Below are positions 54,443-64,000 of a stretch of DNA of 64,000 nt, piece by piece. This DNA comes from the human T2T-CHM13v2.0 reference genome, Homo sapiens. The stretch lies in NCBI RefSeq assembly GCF_009914755.1, contig NC_060928.1. One strand, given 5' to 3'. Position 1 is the first letter of the stretch; the number at the start of each line of letters is the position of its first letter. The position numbers were made by a program, and so were the translations under genes. The notes under the pieces were generated by a model. That model did no database searches and was not told the DNA's origin. It was given only the letters and a program-made list of their open reading frames with translations.

Positions 54443-57400
54443 CATTCTCAGAAACTTCTTTGTGTTGTGTGTACTCAAGTAACAGTGTTGAACCTTCCTT
54501 TTGACACAGCAGTTTTGAAACACTCTTTTGGTAGAATCTGCAAGTGGATATTTGGATAGCTTTGAGGATTTCGTTGGAAACGGGTTATCTTCATATAAAA
54601 TCCAGACAGGAGCATTCTCAGAAACTTCTTTGTGCTGCATGTCCTCAATTCACAGAGCTGAACCTTTGTTTGGATACAGCATTTTGGAAACATTCCTTTA
54701 GTAGAATCTGCAAGTTGATATTTAGATAGCTTTGAAGATTTCGTTGGAAACGGGAATATCTTCATAGAAAATCTAGACGGAAGCATTCTCAGAAACTGCT
54801 TTGTGATGTTTGCATTCAAGTCACAGAGTTGAATATTCCCTTTTATAGAGTAGGTTTGAAACACTCTTTCGGCACTACCTGGAAGTGGATATTTCGAGCT
54901 CTTTGAGGCCTATGGTTAAAAGGAAATATCTTCCCATAAAAACTAGACAGAAGCCGTCTCAGAAACTTGTTTGTGATGTGTGTATTCAACTACCAGAGTT
55001 GAACATTTCTGTTACAGAGCAATTTTAAAACACTCTTTTTGTGGAATCTGAAAGTGGATAATTGGATAGCTTTGTGGATTTCGTTGGAAACGGGATGACG
55101 TATAAAATCTAGAGAGAAGCATTCTCAGGAACTTCTTTGTGATGTTTGCATTCAAGTCACAGAATTGAACATTCCTTTTCATAGTGCAGGTTTGAAACAC
55201 TCTTTCTGTAGTATCTGGAAGTGGACATTTCAAGCGCTTTCAGGCCTACGGGGAGAAAGGAAATATCTTCAAATAAAAACTAGACAGAAGGATTCTCAGA
55301 AACTTATTTGTGATGTGTGTCCTAAACGAACACAGTTGAACCTTTGTTTAGATACAGCATTTTGGAAACACTCCTTTTGTAGGATCTGCAGGTGGATATT
55401 TGGATAGATTTTAAGATTTCGTTGGAAACGGGAGTTTCTTCATAGAAACTCAAGACAGATGCATTCTCAGAAACATCTCTGTGATGTTTGCATTCCACTC
55501 ATAGAGTTGAAAACTTCCTTTCATAGAGCAGGTTTGAAACACTCTTTTTGTAATATTTGGAAGTGGACATTTGCAGCGCTTTGAGGCCTATGGTGAAAAA
55601 GGAAATATCTTCTCATAAATACCAGAAACAAGCATTCTCAGAAACTTCTTTTTGATGTGTGTACTCAAGTAACAGAGTTGAACCTTCCTTTTGACACAGC
55701 AGTTTTGAAACAATCTTTTTGTAGAATCTGCAAGTGGATATTTGGATAGCTTTGAGGATTTCGTTGGAAACGGGATATCTTCATATAAAATCTAGACAGA
55801 AGCATTCTCAGAAACTTCTTTGTGCTGTATGTCCTCAATTAACAGAGTTGAACCATTGCTTGGATACAGCATTTTGGAAACATTCCTTTAGTAGAATCTG
55901 CAAGTTGATATTTAGATAGATTTGAAGATTTCGTTGGAAAAGGGAATATCTCCATATAAAATCTAGACGGAAGCATTCTCAGAAACTGCTTTGTGATGTT
56001 TCCATTCAAGTCACAGAGTTGAATATTCCCTTTTATAGAGCACGTTTGAAACACTCTTTCTGCACTATCTGGAAGTGGACATTTCGAGCGCTTTGAGGCC
56101 TATGGTGAAAAAGGAAATATCTTCCCATAAAAATTAGACAGAAGCATTCTCAGAAACTTGTTTGTGATGTGTGTATTCAACTAACAGGGTTGAACTTTTG
56201 ATTTTACAGAGCCGTTTTAAAACACTCTTTTTGTGGAATCAGAAAGTGGATATTCGGATGGCTCTGAGGATTTCGTTGGAAGCGGGATTACATATGAAAT
56301 CTAGAGAGAAGCATTCTCAGGAACTTCTTTGTGATGTTTGCATTGAAGTCACAGAATTGAACATTCACTTTGATAGAGCAGGTTTGAAACACTCATTCTG
56401 TAGTATCTGGAAGTGGACATTTCAAGCGCTTTCAGGCCTATGGTGAAAAAGGAAATATCTTCGAATAAAAACTAGACAGAAGCATCCTCAGAAACTTATT
56501 TGTGATGTGTGTCCTCAACTAAAAGAGTTGAAACTTTGTTTTGATACAGCATTTTGGAAACACTCTTTTTGTAGAATCTGCAGGTGGATATGTGGATAGC
56601 TCTGAAGATTTCGTTGGAAACGGGAATTTCTTCATATAAAATCAAACAGAAGCATTCTCAGAAACTTCTCAGTGATGTTTGCATTCAGCTCATGGAGTTG
56701 AACACTTCCTTTCATAGAGCCGGTTTGAAACACTCTTTCTGCACTACCTGGAAGAGGCCATTTCGAGCGCTTTGAGTCCTATGGTGAAAAAGGAAATATC
56801 TTCTCATAAAAACCAGAAAGAAGCATTCTCAGAAACTTCTTTGTGTTGTGTGTACTCATGTAACAGTGTTGAACCATCCTTTTGACAGAGCAGTTTTGAA
56901 ACACTCTTTTTGTAGAATCTGCAAGTGGATATTTGGATAGCTTTGAGGATTTCGTTGGAAACGGGATGACATATAATATCTAGAGAGAAGCATTCTCAGG
57001 AACTTCTTTGTGCTGTTTGCATTCAAGTCACAGAATTGAATATTCCCTTTTATAGAGCAGATTTGAAACACTCTTTCTCTAGTATCTGGAAGTGGGCATT
57101 TCAAGCGCTTTCAGGCCTATTGAGAGAAAGGAAATACCTTCAAATAAAAACTAGACAGAAGCATTCTCAGAAACTTGTTTGTGATGTGTGTATTCAACTA
57201 ACAGAGTTGAACTTTTGTTTTTACAGAGCCGTTTTAAAACACTCTTTTTGTGGAATCAGAAAGTGGATATTCGGATGGCTCTGAGGATTTCGTTGGAAGC
57301 GGGATTACATATAAAATCTAGAGAGAAGCATTCTCAGGAACTTCTTTGTGATGTTTGCATTGAAGTCACAGAATTGAACATTCACTTTGATAGAGCAGGT

Positions 57401-58691
57401 TTGAAACACTCATTCTGTAGTATCTGGAAGTGGACATTTCAAGCGCTTTCAGGCCTATGGTGAGAAAGGAAATATCTTCGAATAAAAACTAGACAGAAGC
57501 ATCCTCAGAAACTTATTTGTGATGTGTGTCCTCAACTAACAGAGTTGAAACTTTGTTTTGATACAGCATTTTGGAAACACTCTTTTTGTAGAATCTGCAG
57601 GTGGATATTTGGATAGCTTAGAGGGATTCGTTGGAAAGGGGATATCTTCATATAAAATCTAGACAGAAGCATTCTCAGAAACTTATTTGTGATGTGTGTC
57701 CTCAACTAACAGAGTTGAACCTTGGTTTTGATACAGCATTTTGGAAACACTCCTTTTGTAGAATCTGCAGGTGGATATGTGGATAGCTCTGAAGATTTCG
57801 TTGGAAACGGGAATTTCTTCATATAAAATCAAACAGAAGCATTCTCAGAAACTTCTCAGTGATGTTTGCATTCAGCTCATGGAGTTGAACACTTCCTTTC
57901 ATAGAGCCGGTTTGAAACACTCTTTCTGCACTACCTGGAAGAGGACATTTCGAGCGCTTTGAGTCCTATGGTGAAAAAGGAAATATCTTCTCATAAAAAC
58001 CAGAAAGAAGCATTCTCAGAAACTTCTTTGTGTTGTGTGTACTCATGTAACAGTGTTGAACCATCCTTTTGACAGAGCAGTTTTGAAACACTCTTTTTGT
58101 AGAATCTGCAAGTGGATATTTGGATAGCTTTGAGGATTTCGTTGGAAACGGGATGACATATAATATCTAGAGAGAAGCATACTCAGGAACTTCTTTGTGA
58201 TGTTTGCATTCAAGTCACAGAATTGAACATTCCCTTTCATAGAGCAGGTTTGAAACACTCTTTCTCTAGTATCTGGAAGTGGGCATTTCAAGCGCTTTCA
58301 GGCCTATGGAGAGAAAGGAAATACCTTCAAATAAAAACTAGACAGAAGCATTCTCAGAAACTTATTTGTGATGTGTGTCCTCAACTAACAGAGTTGAACC
58401 TTTGTTTTGATACAGCATTTTGGAAACACTCCTTTTGTAGAATCTGCAGGTGGATATTTGGATAACTTTGAAGATTTCGTTGGAAACCGGAATATCTTCA
58501 TATAAAATCAAGACAGAAGCATTCTCGGAAACATCTCTGTGATGTTTGCATTCAACTCAGTAGAGTTGAACACTTCCTTTCATAGAGCAGGTTTGAAACA
58601 CTCTTTCTGCACTACCTGGAAGCGGACATTTCGAGCGCTTTGAGGCCTATGGTGAAAAAGGAAATATCTTCTCATAAAAACCAGAAAGAAG
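54443..58691 (+). repeat. HOR unit 17, 25-mer variant
   Basis: 4249 bp; extra 6-mer at 56145-57161. Confidence 0.95.
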
Positions 58692-61600
58692 CATTCTCAG
58701 AAACTTCTTTGTGTTGTGTGTACTCAAGTAACAGTGTTGAACCTTCCTTTTGACACAGCAGTTTTGAAACACTCTTTTGGTAGAATCTGCAAGTGGATAT
58801 TTGGATAGCTTTGAGGATTTCGTTGGAAACGGGTTATCTTCATATAAAATCCAGACAGGAGCATTCTCAGAAACTTCTTTGTGCTGCATGTCCTCAATTC
58901 ACAGAGCTGAACCTTTGTTTGGATACAGCATTTTGGAAACATTCCTTTAGTAGAATCTGCAAGTTGATATTTAGATAGCTTTGAAGATTTCGTTGGAAAC
59001 GGGAATATCTTCATAGAAAATCTAGACGGAAGCATTCTCAGAAACTGCTTTGTGATGTTTGCATTCAAGTCACAGAGTTGAATATTCCCTTTTATAGAGT
59101 AGGTTTGAAACACTCTTTCGGCACTACCTGGAAGTGGATATTTCGAGCTCTTTGAGGCCTATGGTTAAAAGGAAATATCTTCCCATAAAAACTAGACAGA
59201 AGCCGTCTCAGAAACTTGTTTGTGATGTGTGTATTCAACTACCAGAGTTGAACATTTCTGTTACAGAGCAATTTTAAAACACTCTTTTTGTGGAATCTGA
59301 AAGTGGATAATTGGATAGCTTTGTGGATTTCGTTGGAAACGGGATGACGTATAAAATCTAGAGAGAAGCATTCTCAGGAACTTCTTTGTGATGTTTGCAT
59401 TCAAGTCACAGAATTGAACATTCCTTTTCATAGTGCAGGTTTGAAACACTCTTTCTGTAGTATCTGGAAGTGGACATTTCAAGCGCTTTCAGGCCTACGG
59501 GGAGAAAGGAAATATCTTCAAATAAAAACTAGACAGAAGGATTCTCAGAAACTTATTTGTGATGTGTGTCCTAAACGAACACAGTTGAACCTTTGTTTTG
59601 ATACAGCATTTTGGAAACACTCCTTTTGTAGGATCTGCAGGTGGATATTTGGATAGATTTTAAGATTTCGTTGGAAACGGGAGTTTCTTCATAGAAACTC
59701 AAGACAGATGCATTCTCAGAAACATCTCTGTGATGTTTGCATTCCACTCATAGAGTTGAAAACTTCCTTTCATAGAGCAGGTTTGAAACACTCTTTTTGT
59801 AATATTTGGAAGTGGACATTTGCAGCGCTTTGAGGCCTATGGTGAAAAAGGAAATATCTTCTCATAAAAACCAGAAACAAGCATTCTCAGAAACTTCTTT
59901 TTGATGTGTGTACTCAAGTAACAGAGTTGAACCTTCCTTTTGACACAGCAGTTTTGAAACAATCTTTTTGTAGAATCTGCAAGTGGATATTTGGATAGCT
60001 TTGAGGATTTCGTTGGAAACGGGATATCTTCATATAAAATCTAGACAGAAGCATTCTCAGAAACTTCTTTGTGCTGTATGTCCTCAATTAACAGAGTTGA
60101 ACCATTGCTTGGATACAGCATTTTGGAAACATTCCTTGAGTAGAATCTGCAAGTTGATATTTAGATAGATTTGAAGATTTCGTTGGAAAAGGGAATATCT
60201 CCATATAAAATCTAGAGGGAAGCATTCTCAGAAACTGCTTTGTGATGTTTCCATTCAAGTCACAGAGTTGAATATTCCCTTTTATAGAGCACGTTTGAAA
60301 CACTCTTTCTGCACTATCTGGAAGTGGACATTTCGAGCGCTTTGAGGCCTATGGTGAAAAAGGAAATATCTTCCCATAAAAACTAGACAGAAGCATTCTC
60401 AGAAACTTGTTTGTGATGTGTGTATTCAACTAACAGAGTTGAACTTTTGTTTTTACAGAGCCGTTTTAAAACACTCTTTTTGTGGAATCAGAAAGTGGAT
60501 ATTCGGATGGCTCTGAGGATTTCGTTGGAAGCGGGATTACATATAAAATCTAGAGAGAAGCATTCTCAGGAACTTCTTTGTGATGTTTGCATTGAAGTCA
60601 CAGAATTGAACATTCACTTTGATAGAGCAGGTTTGAAACACTCATTCTGTAGTATCTGGAAGTGGACATTTCAAGCGCTTTCAGGCCTATGGTGAGAAAG
60701 GAAATATCTTCGAATAAAAACTAGACAGAAGCATCCTCAGAAACTTATTTGTGATGTGTGTCCTCAACTAACAGAGTTGAACCTTGGTTTTGATACAGCA
60801 TTTTGGAAACACTCTTTTTGTAGAATCTGCAGGTGGATATTTGGATAGCTTAGAGGGATTCGTTGGAAAGGGGATATCTTCATATAAAATCTAGACAGAA
60901 GCATTCTCAGAAACTTATTTGTGATGTGTGTCCTCAACTAACAGAGTTGAACCTTGGTTTTGATACAGCATTTTGGAAACGCTCCTTTTGTAGAATCTGC
61001 AGGTGGATATGTGGATAGCTCTGAAGATTTCGTTGGAAACGGGAATTTCTTCATATAAAATCAAACAGAAGCATTCTCAGAAACTTCTCAGTGATGTTTG
61101 CATTCAGCTCATGGAGTTGAACACTTCCTTTCATAGAGCCGGTTTGAAACACTCTTTCTGCACTACCTGGAAGAGGACATTTCGAGCGCTTTGAGTCCTA
61201 TGGTGAAAAAGGAAATATCTTCTCATAAAAACCAGAAAGAAGCATTCTCAGAAACTTCTTTGTGTTGTGTGTACTCATGTAACAGTGTTGAACCATCCTT
61301 TTGACAGAGCAGTTTTGAAACACTCTTTTTGTAGAATCTGCAAGTGGATATTTGGATAGCTTTGAGGATTTCGTTGGAAACGGGATGACATATAATATCT
61401 AGAGAGAAGCATTCTCAGGAACTTCTTTGTGATGTTTGCATTCAAGTCACAGAATTGAACATTCCCTTTCATAGAGCAGGTTTGAAACACTCTTTCTCTA
61501 GTATCTGGAAGTGGGCATTTCAAGCGCTTTCAGGCCTATGGAGAGAAAGGAAATACCTTCAAATAAAAACTAGACAGAAGCATTCTCAGAAACTTATTTG

Positions 61601-61923
61601 TGATGTGTGTCCTCAACTAACAGAGTTGAACCTTTGTTTTGATACAGCATTTTGGAAACACTCCTTTTGTAGAATCTGCAGGTGGATATTTGGATAACTT
61701 TGAAGATTTCGTTGGAAACCGGAATATCTTCATATAAAATCAAGACAGAAGCATTCTCGGAAACATCTCTGTGATGTTTGCATTCAACTCAGTAGAGTTG
61801 AACACTTCCTTTCATAGAGCCGGTTTGAAACACTCTTTCTGCACTACCTGGAAGCGGACATTTCGAGCGCTTTGAGGCCTATGGTGAAAAAGGAAATATC
61901 TTCTCATAAAAACCAGAAAGAAG
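58692..61923 (+). repeat. HOR unit 18, 19-mer (same mosaic type as unit 13)
   Basis: 3232 bp; M13 aaccttgg at 60782, M14 aacgctcc. Confidence 0.92.
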
Positions 61924-64000
61924 CATTCTCAGAAACTTCTTTGTGTTGTGTGTACTCAGGTAACAGTGTTGAACCTTCCTTTTGACACAGCAGTTTTGAA
62001 ACACTCTTTTGGTAGAATCTGCAAGTGGATATTTGGATAGCTTTGAGGATTTCGTTGGAAACGGGTTATCTTCATATAAAATCCAGACAGGAGCATTCTC
62101 AGAAACTTCTTTGTGCTGCATGTCCTCAATTCACAGAGCTGAACCTTTGTTTGGATACAGCATTTTGGAAACATTCCTTTAGTAGAATCTGCAAGTTGAT
62201 ATTTAGATAGCTTTGAAGATTTCGTTGGAAACGGGAATATCTTCATAGAAAATCTAGACGGAAGCATTCTCAGAAACTGCTTTGTGATGTTTGCATTCAA
62301 GTCACAGAGTTGAATATTCCCTTTTATAGAGTAGGTTTGAAACACTCTTTCGGCACTAGCTGGAAGTGGATATTTCGAGCTCTTTGAGGCCTATGGTTAA
62401 AAGGAAATATCTTCCCATAAAAACTAGACAGAAGCCGTCTCAGAAACTTGTTTGTGATGTGTGTATTCAACTACCAGAGTTGAACATTTCTGTTACAGAG
62501 CAATTTTAAAACACTCTTTTTGTGGAATCTGAAAGTGGATAATTGGATAGCTTTGTGGATTTCGTTGGAAACGGGATGACGTATAAAATCTAGAGAGAAG
62601 CATTCTCAGGAACTTCTTTCTGATGTTTGCATTCAAGTCACAGAATTGAACATTCCTTTTCATAGTGCAGGTTTGAAACACTCTTTCTGTAGTATCTGGA
62701 AGTGGACATTTCAAGCGCTTTCAGGCCTACGGGGAGAAAGGAAATATCTTCAAATAAAAACTAGACAGAAGGATTCTCAGAAACTTATTTGTGATGTGTG
62801 TCCTAAACGAACACAGTTGAACCTTTGTTTTGATACAGCATTTTGGAAACACTCCTTTTGTAGGATCTGCAGGTGGATATTTGGATAGATTTTAAGATTT
62901 CGTTGGAAACGGGAATTTCTTCATAGAAACTCAAGACAGATGCATTCTCAGAAACATCTCTGTGATGTTTGCATTCCACTCATAGAGTTGAAAACTTCCT
63001 TTCATAGAGCAGGTTTGAAACACTCTTTTTGTAATATTTGGAAGTGGACATTTGCAGCGCTTCGAGGCCTATGGTGAAAAAGGAAATATCTTCTCATAAA
63101 AACCAGAAACAAGCATTCTCAGAAACTTCTTTTTGATGTGTGTACTCAAGTAACAGAGTTGAACCTTCCTTTTGACACAGCAGTTTTGAAACAATCTTTT
63201 TGTAGAATCTGCAAGTGGATATTTGGATAGCTTTGAGGATTTCGTTGGAAACGGGATATCTTCATATAAAATCTAGACAGAAGCATTCTCAGAAACTTCT
63301 TTGTGCTGTATGTCCTCAATTAACAGAGTTGAACCATTGCTTGGATACAGCATTTTGGAAACATTCCTTGAGTAGAATCTGCAAGTTGATATTTAGATAG
63401 ATTTGAAGATTTCGTTGGAAAAGGGAATATCTCCATATAAAATCTAGAGGGAAGCATTCTCAGAAACTGCTTTGTGATGTTTCCATTCAAGTCACAGAGT
63501 TGAATATTCCCTTTTATAGAGCACGTTTGAAACACTCTTTCTGCACTATCTGGAAGTGGACATTTCGAGCGCTTTGAGGCCTATGGTGAAAAAGGAAATA
63601 TCTTCCCATAAAAACTAGACAGAAGCATTCTCAGAAACTTGTTTGTGATGTGTGTATTCAACTAACAGAGTTGAACTTTTGTTTTTACAGAGCCGTTTTA
63701 AAACACTCTTTTTGTGGAATCAGAAAGTGGATATTCGGATGGCTCTGAGGATTTCGTTGGAAGCGGGATTACATATAAAATCTAGAGAGAAGCATTCTCA
63801 GGAACTTCTTTGTGATGTTTGCATTGAAGTCACAGAATTGAACATTCACTTTGATAGAGCAGGTTTGAAACACTCATTCTGTAGTATCTGGAAGTGGACA
63901 TTTCAAGCGCTTTCAGGCCTATGGTGAGAAAGGAAATATCTTCGAATAAAAACTAGACAGAAGCATCCTCAGAAACTTATTTGTGATGTGTGTCCTCAAC
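61924..64000 (+). repeat. HOR unit 19, haplotype Y, truncated by the window end in M13
   Basis: Y markers; M13 (catcctc) starts at 63964. Confidence 0.92.

Larger units (their letters stand above)
1..64000 (+). repeat. Centromeric alpha satellite HOR array, 19-mer / 3232 bp, most likely human chr4 D4Z1 (SF2)
   Basis: Head-to-tail ~171-bp monomers (cattctcagaaactt...ttgaaacactct...tggatat...) throughout. ORF-track landmarks recur at 3232-bp spacing (52, 3284, 6516). Monomer lengths 170,171,170,166,171,171,171,170,171,171,167,171,170,170,171,167,171,171,172 sum to 3232. The alpha satellite call is near certain; the D4Z1 name rests on the recalled 3.2-kb 19-mer (~0.8). Confidence 0.98.

Noticed and set aside
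52-63927. All ORFs in the track (61-129 aa, both strands)
   Set aside because: They are translations of the satellite, recur with HOR period, overlap on opposite strands, often start at GTG/TTG (for example gtg at 121) and show no recognisable domain. Database hits would likely be spurious alphoid-derived hypothetical proteins.
1-64000. CRISPR-like appearance of a conserved motif every ~171 bp
   Set aside because: The intervening sequences are homologous to each other rather than unique spacers, and there are no cas genes.
1-64000. LINE/Alu insertion, inversion or array boundary
   Set aside because: All length differences are whole monomers (-170, +1017) and orientation is constant; no non-alphoid sequence was seen.
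1-64000. A previously undescribed gene-based biological system
   Set aside because: Everything in the window is accounted for by a known class of centromeric satellite; any novelty is limited to variant arrangement and mutational history.

Overview
The whole 64 kb window is one uninterrupted, single-orientation array of primate centromeric alpha satellite: about 376 monomers of 166-172 bp starting 'cattctcagaaac'. The monomers form a 3232-bp, 19-monomer higher-order repeat (HOR). This size, the mix of CENP-B-box (B) and pJalpha-type (A) monomers, and the near-identity of copies best fit human chromosome 4 D4Z1 (suprachromosomal family 2). That assignment comes from recalled knowledge, not a database search. 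There are 18 complete HOR units plus one partial: twelve 19-mers, four 25-mers (4249 bp, an extra 1017-bp 6-mer) and two 18-mers (3062 bp, monomers 13 and 14 fused), in the order 19,19,25,18,19,19,25,19,18,19,19,25,19,19,19,19,25,19,partial. I saw no genes, transposon insertions or inversions, and all ORFs are artefacts of translating the repeat. I found no new gene system. What stands out is the layered structure: an ancestral 7-mer inside the 19-mer, a rearrangement hotspot at monomers 13/14, structural variants that restore alternating CENP-B boxes, SNP-defined HOR haplotypes repeating with ~14-17 kb periods, and short apparent gene-conversion tracts. Monomer numbering (M1 = 20-189) is my own. 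SNP comparisons were made by eye and are not exhaustive.
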